NCBI GenBank assembly: GCA_963807635.1
Contig: CAWEDJ010000042.1
Location: 1-64,000, forward strand
Direction: 5' to 3'
DNA length: 64,000 nucleotides
Origin: an uncultured cyanobacterium
GTDB lineage: Bacteria > Cyanobacteriota > Cyanobacteriia > Cyanobacteriales > Microcystaceae
Shown: piece by piece, positions 45,408 through 55,732 of the stretch
How positions within the stretch are numbered: the stretch's first letter is position 1
Layout of the letters: every line of letters begins with the position of its first letter
Program-made: the position numbers and the translations under genes
The notes under the pieces: generated by a model
What the model was told of the DNA's origin: nothing
Seen by the model: only the letters and a program-made list of their open reading frames with translations
Databases searched by the model: none

Positions 45408-47114
45408 ATGCCTTCTTTGCCTCAAAATGATACTCCCGAAAATCAGGCTAATCGTAAAGCCCAGTTAGAAAATAAACAAAAACAATACGTTTTTGATCCC
45501 GAATATTTGCCTCCCCTCACGGTCATCAAAGACGTTCCGATCACCGAAAGTTTTTCCCCCAAATACCTCGCAGAAAGACTGCCATCGACCCTCGGTAAAC
45601 TATCGGCAAATTCCCTCGCCATTAAGGTGAAATCCCATTGGGATCCCCTCGATGAGCTTCAGGATTATGAAGATTTTTATCCCGTCCTGCCCCCGCCCAG
45701 TGTGATGCGAACCTATCACATGGACGAATCCTTTGCCGAACAACGATTAAGCGGCTCCAATCCGATGGTTTTGCGGGCGATCGCGAATTGCCTCCCACTT
45801 TTTCTTATAGCCTGCAAGAAGTACAAACAGCCTACAGCCCCCAAATTCCAGTGGAACAAGGTTTGGGTAAGGAACTCGCCGCAGGTAATCTCTATGTGGC
45901 CGACTATCAAAGTCTTTCCTTTATTCAGGGAGGAACCTACCTCAAAGGCAAAAAATATTTTCCTGCTCCCGTCGCCCTATTCCTGTGGCGTAAATCTGGT
46001 TATCGCGATCAAGGCCCAATTAATGCCCGTTGCTATTCAGATTGATTCTATACCAGGTCAAAAAGCGGCCTTGCTTACCCCCAATAGTTTAGGCAATAAC
46101 TGGCTCTATGCCAAAACCTGTGTTCAAATCGCCGATGCTAATCATCACGAAATGGCCAGCCATCTTTGCCATACCCATTTAGTGATGGAACCCTTTGCCG
46201 TTAGTACCGCTCGTCGGCTTTCTTCCATTCATCCTTTGTATCTGTTGTTGCGTCCCCATTTTCGTTTTATGCTCTTCAATAACGAGATGGCTCGCAAACG
46301 TTTAGTTAATCAGGGCGGTATTGTGGATGATTTATTGGCGGGAACGATTGGTGAATCTTTACAAATTGTGAAAGATGCCTATGAAAAAAATGCTCAGGAA
46401 TCTTGGAGTTTAGATCAATTCGCCCTACCGACTTTCATCAAAAATCGCGGTTTGGATGATACAACCCGTCTTCCCCATTACCCCTATCGGGATGATGGCC
46501 GAATTTACTCTGGGACGCGATCGCCAACTATGTCGGTGAATATCTTAGGCTTGTACTATACCAATCCAGAAGATGTTACCAATGACTACGAATTGCAAAG
46601 TTGGATCGCCGAATTAGCAGATCAGGGCAAAGATGGTGGCAAAGTGAAAGGGATTCCCACGACAATTGAAACCGTTCAACAGTTAGCAGACATTGTAACC
46701 GCAGTGATCTACACCTGTTCTGCCCAACATTCCGCCGTGAATTTTACCCAGTACGACTATATGGGTTTTATTCCCAATGCGCCCTTAGCGGCTTACCAAC
46801 CGATCAAATCTCAGTTCAAGGATGAAGAGGATAAAGAAGAGGAGTTAACCCTGCAAGAATTACTCGCCTTTTTGCCGCCTTCTAATCAGGTCGTCGATCA
46901 AATTAATATCATGTACACCCTCGGAACTTATCGTTATGATCGTTTGGGTTATTATGATGAACCCTTCAGCGATCGCCGCGCCCGAACTGTCTTAATGCGA
47001 TTCCAACAAAAGTTAAATGAAATTGAGCGAACCATTGATCTTCGTAACAAAAAACGAGTTTTTCGCTATCCAGTATTAAAACCTTCCTTGGTTATTAATA
47101 GTATCAGCATTTAA
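45408..47114 (+). CDS. Lipoxygenase (compensating apparent indels near 45788, 46015, 46500 and 46545)
   Basis: FAEQRLSGSNP, HEMASHLCHTHL, HSAVN, C-terminal SISI; AGGAG RBS. Confidence 0.93.
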   Translation: MPSLPQNDTPENQANRKAQLENKQKQYVFDPEYLPPLTVIKDVPITESFSPKYLAERLPSTLGKLSANSLAIKVKSHWDPLDELQDYEDFYPVLPPPSVMRTYHMDESFAEQRLSGSNPMVLRAIANCLPLFLIACKKYKQPTAPKFQWNKVWVRNSPQVISMWPTIKVFPLFREEPTSKAKNIFLLPSPYSCGVNLVIAIKAQLMPVAIQIDSIPGQKAALLTPNSLGNNWLYAKTCVQIADANHHEMASHLCHTHLVMEPFAVSTARRLSSIHPLYLLLRPHFRFMLFNNEMARKRLVNQGGIVDDLLAGTIGESLQIVKDAYEKNAQESWSLDQFALPTFIKNRGLDDTTRLPHYPYRDDGRIYSGTRSPTMSVNILGLYYTNPEDVTNDYELQSWIAELADQGKDGGKVKGIPTTIETVQQLADIVTAVIYTCSAQHSAVNFTQYDYMGFIPNAPLAAYQPIKSQFKDEEDKEEELTLQELLAFLPPSNQVVDQINIMYTLGTYRYDRLGYYDEPFSDRRARTVLMRFQQKLNEIERTIDLRNKKRVFRYPVLKPSLVINSISI

Positions 47115-47117
47115 ATA

Positions 47118-48767
47118 GGGCTTGCTGAAAAAGTCAAAAAACAGGAAGAGGGGATTAATTTATGAATTTAAGGCGAGTAAAACATAAGGGTTAAATGAAT
47201 TGTCAACACAAAGCATAAGCTGGGCTAATAAGAGGGCAGAAAAATAAGCTCTTCTTCCGAAAAAGACAAAAAAAACGTAAAACCTGCCGAAGCAGGGCAA
47301 AAAGATTGATGACTAAAAAGGTGATAGCAATAGCGGTTTCAGAGGTATCAGGAAGTTTTGTCATAACTCGATTGAGGCTAAATCGTCTCTTTGCTTGACC
47401 AAATTTGCCTTCAATAGCATTACGGTCTCTTTCATCTTGAAGAGCTTCTTTCTTTTTTTCTGGACTAATATTTGTGGGTCGTCTTCCCAAGGGTGGGCCA
47501 CTCAATCGAATTCCCTTCTCCTTACAAAAAGCGCGATTTTCCCTTGTGCGATAGATTGCATCAGCATGAACAGACTGGGGATAGTAGCCTGTCTCACGTT
47601 TAAACTCTTCTATTTGTCCTTTGAAGTCGCCTGATTCATTATAATTATCCCAACTTAATCGGTATAAATAAAGATATCCATTCACATAACTTGCTGATAG
47701 TTTTGCACCAAACTCTACTGGCGTTCCCGCTTTTCCTCTAACAATGGGACGAACATGAGGTTGAGTCAAACTCACAATTCTATTTTCTACCTTATTTTCT
47801 TTATTTTCATACATTCCTACTTGTTGCTCATAGGCTTTTTGTATTATCGACAGTATCTTTTCGTCTTTTTTACTTAATTTTGCGACCTCTTTATCTTCTC
47901 TTAATTTTTCTATATGGGAAAGGTTTCTTTTGATATATTGGATTTGTTTTTTTATGCCCTTTCTCCTTTCTTTTCTCGACGGACGGCGTTTTTTTGACAA
48001 TTTTAAGTAATCTTTTCTGGCTCTTATTCTATAGGTTCTTGGTTTTTTTCCTTTTTTTTTAGTTTTTTTATACAAGTTGTCTATTATTTTTTCGGTTTTT
48101 TCTCTTGCCTCATTCAAGATTCCTATATCTGTTGGATATTTGATGTCTGCTGGTGCACAGGTTGCATCTATTAATAGCTTTCCTCTATTCTGATTTTCCC
48201 CTTCACTTTTTTCTTTTACTTCTGATAATATTTCTTCTTCTTTTTTTACCATTGCTTTATTTATTTGATTCACCAAGTCCATTCCTATTCTTTGACGGAA
48301 ATGTACTAACAGTGACGCATCAAATGCCTCCTCATTTTCATATACTTCTAGTCCTATAAAATATTGTAAGTAAGGGTTTTCTTTTATTTGTTCTACTGTT
48401 TCTCGGTCACTTATTCTCAATATTTCTTTTATTATTAATGACCCTAATGCCATCCTAAATGGTTTGGCTGTCGCTCCTTTATTTTCTGAAAATTGTTTTG
48501 CATATTCTTCTTCAAATTCCTCCCACGGAATTATTTTTGACATGATTACCCAACGATTTTCTTCTTTTGGCTTCCACTCACTTGGTATTTTGAAGTTTTC
48601 AACAGTCGATTTTTCGGATTCTTTTTTGGGGTACATCGTTCAATGCTCTGGAAGGGGAGGGGTGCAAGCCTTTTCACTCATTTTAGACCTTTTTTTTGCA
48701 CTTTTTTTGCTCTCTAAATCCCCTCATCTCTTTTCTTATAAGGCTTTCAGCTTTTTTCAGCAAGCTC
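47118..48767 (-). mobile_element. IS5-family element (transposase 47203-48636)
   Basis: Inverted ends GGGCTTGCTGAAAAAG / TTTTTCAGCAAGCTC; TAAATA duplicated on both sides; IDAT, VEFG.K, RNAIEGKFG..KR. Confidence 0.93.
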
Positions 48768-48773
48768 TAAATA

Positions 48774-48920
48774 GGCGTTGCTGATTTTAGGTATGTTTTG
48801 CCCCCCTAGCCCCCCAAGTTTGGGGGGAATCAATGTTTGGAAGTCCCCCAGAATTGGGGGATTTAGGGGGCGATAAAAATTATTGTGATAGTTTCTTTCA
48901 TACTCTGATTAAGCAACACC
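48774..48920. mobile_element. 147-bp MITE-like element
   Basis: Inverted ends GGCGTTGCTGATT..GTATG / CATAC..ATTAAGCAACACC; TTTAAATA at 47110-47117 and 48921-48928; internal C/G-run palindromes. Confidence 0.75.
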
Positions 48921-49004
48921 TTTAAATATAGCCAATTGCATTGGGATACTAGACAAATCTTTGTAGGGACATAATATATTATGTCCTTATTATGTCCTTA
49001 GAAA

Positions 49005-50618
49005 TCATTCAACAAATTCCAGAGGAGCCGTCCACCAACTTAAAGCATAGGGTTGAATAATAGGATTAACTGCCTGACGATATTTCACCCGAATTTTATA
49101 TTTTCCTGTCTGGGGAATGGGACAAAAAATATGTTCCACACTATCCACTAGACTCTCGGATTTACAAATGGCCTGCTGGGTTTCCGTCTCATTAATGGGC
49201 AGTAAATAAATATCTAAATTATTTAAACCCATATTCCGAAAGGTTTCCCCTTTATCATAAAGTTGATTGCGGTTAGTATCTATCAACTCAACGATTCTGT
49301 CCCAAGCGAGGGTTATCGCCACAAAGCTCTGGGCGGGCAGGGGCTTTTCGAGAAGATAATCCTGATGGGTTTGGGGAGATAATTGATCATAATTCCAACC
49401 CAGGGGCGGAATCGGGCGATCGCTGGGCCAGGAACCTGCACTGAATTGTTCATAGGCACGAAAAGCATTCAATTGACCTGCTCCCATTTCCATATCAAGG
49501 GGAATTTGGGGATTGGGGAAAGCTTCGGAATCGAGCCAATTTTTATTTTTTCGGGTGAGTACGGTGCGAGTCATGCCCAACAGATTGTTATCGCCTGAAT
49601 CTTGAAGCTTATCGGCAGAATTGATCAGGACGGCTTTCATGACCTCATGACGACGAGCGTTGAGATTCCAATGGGGAGCTTGGGTTCGGAGTTGGCGATC
49701 GCCGTATTCCTGGAGGAGAGCAACGGTTCCAGTTACCTGGGGAGCCGCAAAACTCGTGCCACTGACCTTAAGAATTTTTCCCTGTAAATCGTAGGTGGAA
49801 ATATTATGACCTGGCGCAACTAAAGCGATCGCCCGTCGGTTATCTTCATTAATTTCTTTTTCAATAATTTTGCGGCCAATTCCCTGGGGTAAAGCACTTA
49901 AATTAGCAAAATCAACTTTATGAAATTGATGATTTTTAGAAGTAGTATAGGCGATCGTCACTCCATTGTAATGATCCGTCGGAATGGGAATCCCGCCTTC
50001 CCCCTGATTTCCTGCAATCACAAATAAAACATCCTGGGCACGGGCTAACCAATCAATACATTGGGTTAAAAGAGCATTCCCGTCGAGTTTGGCCTCCATC
50101 CTAGAATCGCGTTTTAAAGATTCCCCAAAACTAAAATTAATAGCCCGAATATCTCCCCCATTTTGTTGGGCCAGATATTGACTGGTTAGGCATTCATCGG
50201 GTTGTAAACTTTCTGACCAGGAACCGATCGCCGCTCCATAAAGTTTGGCATCAGGGGCGACTCCTGGCAGACGTTTATCCTTGGCAACCATTACACCTGC
50301 GACCATTGCGGCATGGTTGTCTAAATTTTTATTGGGTTGGGTTAGGCGATCGCGAAAAAAAATTCCGACCAGGGAAAATTTGGGATGCCAAGCAGAGACT
50401 TTATCAAAACCAAATTTACCCGCTCTACCAATTTCTACTTGACCAATAGCAATTTTTTTACCTGTCAGGTTATAGGGCGGCAGTTGTAATCGTCGGGCAT
50501 TAATGCCTGATTCTCCCAAAAAATCATCCTGGGCAGAAACGGGATGAATCGCCCCCCAAAACAGTAAACTTGCGATCGCGGTGATCAATCGTTTAATTTT
50601 CACGATGGTAAAGAACAA
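49005..50618 (-). CDS. Secreted S8 subtilisin-like protease
   Basis: Signal peptide, NHAAMVAG, IAGN, SGTSFAAPQVTG. Confidence 0.9.
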   Translation of the reverse strand: MFFTIVKIKRLITAIASLLFWGAIHPVSAQDDFLGESGINARRLQLPPYNLTGKKIAIGQVEIGRAGKFGFDKVSAWHPKFSLVGIFFRDRLTQPNKNLDNHAAMVAGVMVAKDKRLPGVAPDAKLYGAAIGSWSESLQPDECLTSQYLAQQNGGDIRAINFSFGESLKRDSRMEAKLDGNALLTQCIDWLARAQDVLFVIAGNQGEGGIPIPTDHYNGVTIAYTTSKNHQFHKVDFANLSALPQGIGRKIIEKEINEDNRRAIALVAPGHNISTYDLQGKILKVSGTSFAAPQVTGTVALLQEYGDRQLRTQAPHWNLNARRHEVMKAVLINSADKLQDSGDNNLLGMTRTVLTRKNKNWLDSEAFPNPQIPLDMEMGAGQLNAFRAYEQFSAGSWPSDRPIPPLGWNYDQLSPQTHQDYLLEKPLPAQSFVAITLAWDRIVELIDTNRNQLYDKGETFRNMGLNNLDIYLLPINETETQQAICKSESLVDSVEHIFCPIPQTGKYKIRVKYRQAVNPIIQPYALSWWTAPLEFVE

Positions 50619-50670
50619 AGCAGAAATTTTTTACTTATTTTGATGATCACTAAAACTCAACTTTCAGCAA

Positions 50671-50791
50671 TAAGTAGGTGAGTCTTGAAATTTATAAGAT
50701 CCCCCCGTCCTACGAACACCCGCCTTATCAAGGGGAGCAGGGGGGATCGAGCGCAAAATCTATCTTTAATTTAATTGTAACCAACTACTTA
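50671..50791. mobile_element. MITE-like element of about 120 bp
   Basis: TAAGTAG ... CTACTTA ends; internal GATCCCCCC/GGGGGGATC palindrome. Confidence 0.6.
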
Positions 50792-50814
50792 CTTGGGATT
50801 TCTCTCAAAAAATC

Positions 50815-51183
50815 CTAAAAAAGCTTAAAAAGAAAAACCATACCACCGCCAAGTATTTTCTTCGATGATCCATTTTCATCATTCGGTGTTGAGTAGGGAG
50901 CCAACGGGGGAATCACCGCATCGGTGGGACGAATTTCATAGGGGAACGCTTCAACGTCTTCATTGTCACCGTCTCCCCCGACACCGCTTAACCAGAGAAT
51001 TGAACTTTTTTCGGGAATATTACCCAAATCTTTTGCCGTTCCTGGGTAGGTTTCTAGGGGGGGAGAATTAAGGATTACGGGGGTTTGGGCTAAACTAAGT
51101 TGAGCAATTCCCAAGGTTCCAAAACCCAGAATCAAAGCCCCTAATAGGAATTGTTTAAAAGTATTATTCGGTACGTGGAGCAT
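50815..51183 (-). CDS. Hypothetical exported protein
   Basis: Signal-peptide-like N-terminus; GAGG RBS-like sequence. Confidence 0.6.
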   Translation of the reverse strand: MLHVPNNTFKQFLLGALILGFGTLGIAQLSLAQTPVILNSPPLETYPGTAKDLGNIPEKSSILWLSGVGGDGDNEDVEAFPYEIRPTDAVIPPLAPYSTPNDENGSSKKILGGGMVFLFKLF

Positions 51184-51428
51184 AACGATTAGCCTCTATC
51201 ACAGCGTTTATGGCAGAATCAATATTCAATGCTCACTCCCACACAATCCGATAATAGTGTGAATTCATTTAAGAATTTAATTAATTCTTTTGGCTAACAT
51301 TCACTTTAGAATATCTATCTTCTTCGATCATAACCCAGTTTATGTGATCTTTCAAACGTTTTCTCTCGTTTTTGTCAAACTTCCCTCGGTTCGGCATTGA
51401 CCAGACTTTCACGACTGAGCTAACACCA

Positions 51429-53151
51429 TCAAAAATTAGAATTTTCTCGACTACGATTTTTACCATAGCGTGTTTCTTGCCAAGTATTGCCAACCCCTTG
51501 CAAAATACCCCTTACGACTAAACCGATCGCGCGGCCAATGACTTGAGTTAACAGAAAAACAAAACCGTTACCGAGAAACTTCACCAGCGATCGCAATCGG
51601 GGAGAAAGGGCATCCCGTAGTTCTAAGAAAATTGTTGTTGCTAACGGTAAACCCTGAAGTTGGGATAGTTCCAATTGACGGGGAGAATAAATATTCGTGG
51701 TATTAATGCCTGGGGAAGTTAAATAAAATAAGGGATATTGACTTTCAAAGATATATTGGGGTTCTTGCCAATATTTCGTGAATTGATATCGCCAAGCTAA
51801 ATTATTACGAAACTTAGCAATTTCCCTAGAAGAAAGCATTTTTTCGGAATATAAAACCTGCTTAATTTCTTCATTATCTGAAAAATAATTTAAAATAAAA
51901 ATCATTACGCCGTTCGCGACTTGAATAATGAGATTTTGTAGATATATTTCCGCTCTTCCCTCGGCTTCAGGCGATTTAGCACGATAGGAAACTTGATCAA
52001 TGATTAAATTTTCTGAAAATAATAGATAATGCAATAGCTCTTGGGTAAAGGGAATTTTACTCAAAGCTTCTGTCTGAATTAAGGTTTTATAATTATTGAG
52101 AATTTCTTGGATTTGATTAATCTTAAAATCTCCCTTGGGAGAGCAATACTTTCCAAAAAAAGCCATAGTAGAAGCTTGCCAAATTTCAACCAGCATTAAA
52201 CTGGTGTCATCAGGAAGTTGTTCAGGAGTGACATTGAGCGAATTTAATTCAGTTAATAGATTTTGAAATTGATTTAAAATTAAAATTAAAAGTTCTTGCC
52301 TTTTTTCCGTTATCAAAATATCCAACTCCAAAGGAATATCGGTGAGATTATTCACGCCTGCTTGGAGTTTGGCTAGGGTATTACTGAAAATAGTAATATT
52401 GGGAGGATTTATTGTTGCAATGGTAATATCAGCATTAACGAGGCCATTAACAGATGATATTTGAGCAACAGGAGACATTTGAGAGGAAGACGTTAATTTT
52501 TCCTCTGCCGTTAATTGGGCTATTAATTTTAATTTGTTGGGCATCATTTTTTGAATGAGCCATCGTGCCGTTCTTAATTCTCGTTTTCTTCCTTCTAAAA
52601 AAAGAATATCAAATTGGGACAATTGGGAGTCTGTAAACTGTTCATTAAGCATCCCAATATTGCTATCAATCTGTGCTAGTCCTGATTGAAATATTCCCAG
52701 CAACCAACGATTTTTGGGAGTAAGTTTAACATAGTTTTGAAAAAAAGAAAGATTCTGTCCAACAAATTTTTCCTGCTACAATTTCTTGTAATCCTTCGAT
52801 GAGTAAATTAATTGAAGTTCCTTTGGGAAAATAGCCTTGAATTCCCTGTTGTTTTGCCTGAATTAATTTCCCGTATTCTAAAGTTGCCGTTAATAGACAA
52901 ATTTTAACGCTTGGATAATTTCTTTTTATTTTTTGACACAATATCCAGCCTTGAGATGTATTTTCTAAAAAGAGCGGGTCAAGGAGGACAATATCGGGAA
53001 GGGATTGATTAAAGAGAGTTTCTATTGCTTGGGGCGAGTCTAGCTGGGCTAATATCTGTACCTTATTAGTTGACATCAAGGCAGTCACGAGACCCAACCG
53101 AAAGATCGGGTCTTCATCAATCAAAACTAGGGTAATAGGGCGATCGCTCAC
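51429..53151 (-). CDS. ycf55: Receiver domain + DUF3685 protein (Ycf55-like); apparent extra base in the homopolymer near 52740
   Basis: LIDEDPIFRLGL receiver, LSSREIAKFRN.L.W, LELRDALSPRL, VIGRAIGL..RGILQG. Confidence 0.85.
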
Positions 53152-53232
53152 AATGCTTTTAGGGGAAGTATTTAATGAATTGATGAGTATCTCAATCTAA
53201 CAGTAGGATTATCATTATTTCTCAAGCCAACC

Positions 53233-53685
53233 CTAAGAAGCAGTATCAAAAGCTTCTTTATAGCCATAAAAATTAATGCTATAGTCCGTAATCTTGACCC
53301 CTGTTTCCTGTTCTATCTGCTGAAGTAGTTCAGGCGGCAACTCGATATGAACATCAATAATTTGTTGGGTGTCCAAACAATTAATATGGCTATGGGAATC
53401 GCTGATGTGACCATAGAGGCGACCATCACACCGCTCAACGCATTCGATAATTCCCTGACCCGATAGGGCTTCTAGATTTTGATAGACCGATGTGTGACCA
53501 ATATCCTTACCTTCTTGATTGAGACGATCATAAATTTCCCTAGCAGAAAGGTGTTCCTTGGCCTGCCACAGCAGTTCCAGAATAAAGCGACGTTGACGAC
53601 TGACCCGCATTCCCAGATTTTGACAACGATTTAAAGCATCTTCTAAGGAGTGAATCGGTGATAAAAGCCCCTCTGTTTTTTTCAT
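53233..53685 (-). CDS. furC: Fur-family regulator of the FurC/PerR type
   Basis: GMRVSRQRRFILELLW, HLSAREIY, IGHTSVYQNL, HSHINC. Confidence 0.85.
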   Translation of the reverse strand: MKKTEGLLSPIHSLEDALNRCQNLGMRVSRQRRFILELLWQAKEHLSAREIYDRLNQEGKDIGHTSVYQNLEALSGQGIIECVERCDGRLYGHISDSHSHINCLDTQQIIDVHIELPPELLQQIEQETGVKITDYSINFYGYKEAFDTAS

Positions 53686-53894
53686 GGCAACATCACGACA
53701 AAAAGAATCAATATAAAACAAACTCATTACCACTTTAACTTATTTTTTTGGATCTCTGCTACTCAATGGGGTTTGCTGGGTCTATACTTGACGTTACGCG
53801 CTAAAAGAGAAGAAAATTAGCAACGTTTAAACTTTAGCATTGAAATCCATAGGTCAGAGTAAAAAACCTACCTTTTAAAAGGAGATTAGACACC

Positions 53895-54134
53895 ATGCCC
53901 GACAATTCCTCTTTTAATCTTTGGCAACATAAGCCTTGGTGGTGTCAGCCCTGGACGATTATTTTAACGGGAATTATTATTGTGACAGCAAGTTGGTTTT
54001 TATTAAAAAGTCTTTGGTTAACGATTCCTGTGGGGATTTTGATTGGTCTTTGGTGGTTTTATTTTTTGATCCTTTATCCTCGTTTACTCCAAGCCCAAAT
54101 TTCTGAGGCGGCAAATAACTTAACCTCGAAATAA
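53895..54134 (+). CDS. Small membrane protein (DUF6737-like)
   Basis: W..KPWWCQPW.I.LTG, two TM segments. Confidence 0.8.
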   Translation: MPDNSSFNLWQHKPWWCQPWTIILTGIIIVTASWFLLKSLWLTIPVGILIGLWWFYFLILYPRLLQAQISEAANNLTSK

Positions 54135-54234
54135 TTTAGATGTTAGATTATTCCAAAAACTCACGGCAAGTTCTTACAATTCTTTCTTTGACCGTTCATT
54201 ACCCAGAGAGAGAAAATTACTGGTAACTACATTA

Positions 54235-54306
54235 AGCGGGTAACGCGATTCGAACGCGCGACATTCACCTTGGCAAGGTGACGCTCTACCACTGAGCTAT
54301 ACCCGC
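54235..54306 (-). tRNA. tRNA-Gly(GCC), CCA not encoded
   Basis: GCGGGTATAGCTCAGTGGTAGAGCGTCACCTTGCCAAGGTGAATGTCGCGCGTTCGAATCGCGTTACCCGCT folds as a cloverleaf. Confidence 0.97.
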
Positions 54307-54515
54307 ATCTTTTTCAGACGATCTCAATCATGACAAAAATTATGGTATCTGTCAAGTATAAAAACAGAATCTTTTTTTCAGAACGAGGCAAATTAAACGA
54401 CTATTGTTTTTTCTTGCGATCGCGATTAAATTGCATTTTATCACGCCTGGCTTGCTATGCTTAAAATATTAAGCGGAGATTAGATTGATCTCTGCTTTAG
54501 ATTTTTCATAAAACT

Positions 54516-55589
54516 ATGCCGACATCTTCGACCCCTTCCCCTAAAACTCAAAATAAACCCCTCCTGGGTCAATCCTTAGCAGAATTAACGGATTGGGTAC
54601 AAGCCCAGGGACAGCCGAGTTATCGGGGAAAACAACTCTACCAATGGCTCTACGAAAAAAGTACGCGATCGCTGATGGATATTTCAGTCTTTCCCAAACA
54701 GTGGCGAGAACAGATGCAGGATTATCCCGTTGGTCGTTCCCAAATTCACTATTGCAGTACGGCTTCCGATAAAACCCGTAAATATTTGCTGAAGTTGGCC
54801 GATGGGCTAATCATTGAAACCGTCGGTATCCCTAGCCAAAAACGTTTGACAGTCTGTGTCTCTTCTCAGGTTGGCTGTGCAATGGATTGTGATTTTTGTG
54901 CAACGGGGAAAGGGGGATTTGTCCGAAATTTGCAGGCTCACGAAATTATTGATCAAGTTTTAACGGTGCAGGAAGATTTTGATCAGCGTGTTAGTAATGT
55001 GGTTTTCATGGGGATGGGAGAACCTTTGTTGAATCTGCCTGAAGTTGTCTCCGCCGTGCATTCCCTCAATCAAGATGTGGGCATTGGTCAGCGATCGCTC
55101 ACCATTTCAACGGTGGGTTTACCCAAAAAGATTCAACAACTCGCCCAGGAAAAATTACAAGTAACCTTTGCCGTCAGCCTCCACGCCCCCAATCAAGCCC
55201 TACGGGAACAACTCATTCCCAGCGCCAAACATTATCCTCTTCACGCACTGTTGGCAGACTGTCGAGACTATATCAACACCACAGGGCGCAGAGTAACCTT
55301 TGAATACGTCCTATTAGCAGAGGTGAATGACTTCCCCGAACAGGCTTTGGAGTTATCCCGAATTTTGAAAGGCTTCCAAACCCATGTTAATCTGATTCCC
55401 TACAATCCCATCGCCGAAGTTGATTATAAACGACCCAATTCAGAACGCATACAAGCCTTTGTGGACATACTCCAAAAGCATCATATTACTGTCAGTGTCC
55501 GTTATTCGAGGGGACTGGGGGCGGATGCGGCCTGTGGTCAACTCCGAGCCACTCAAAAAAAGGAGCAGGCTGTTGTTATACCCAGTTAA
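54516..55589 (+). CDS. rlmN: 23S rRNA/tRNA m2A methyltransferase RlmN
   Basis: [27 protein letters not shown]. Confidence 0.97.
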   Translation: MPTSSTPSPKTQNKPLLGQSLAELTDWVQAQGQPSYRGKQLYQWLYEKSTRSLMDISVFPKQWREQMQDYPVGRSQIHYCSTASDKTRKYLLKLADGLIIETVGIPSQKRLTVCVSSQVGCAMDCDFCATGKGGFVRNLQAHEIIDQVLTVQEDFDQRVSNVVFMGMGEPLLNLPEVVSAVHSLNQDVGIGQRSLTISTVGLPKKIQQLAQEKLQVTFAVSLHAPNQALREQLIPSAKHYPLHALLADCRDYINTTGRRVTFEYVLLAEVNDFPEQALELSRILKGFQTHVNLIPYNPIAEVDYKRPNSERIQAFVDILQKHHITVSVRYSRGLGADAACGQLRATQKKEQAVVIPS

Positions 55590-55732
55590 ATAGAGCTTAG
55601 GATAGTTAGAAATATCTATTGGGAGCAAGCCTTACGCCCCTACGGAATTTTCTTATTGGTATTAATCAATTCAAATTCACTGACCCTATTTTTGATTTTT
55701 GCAAATAATTAACGATTAACTGTCAAGACTTA

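Noticed and set aside
54235..54306. tRNA-Gly as an integration site
   Set aside because: No integrase and no duplicated tRNA 3' end was seen in the window.
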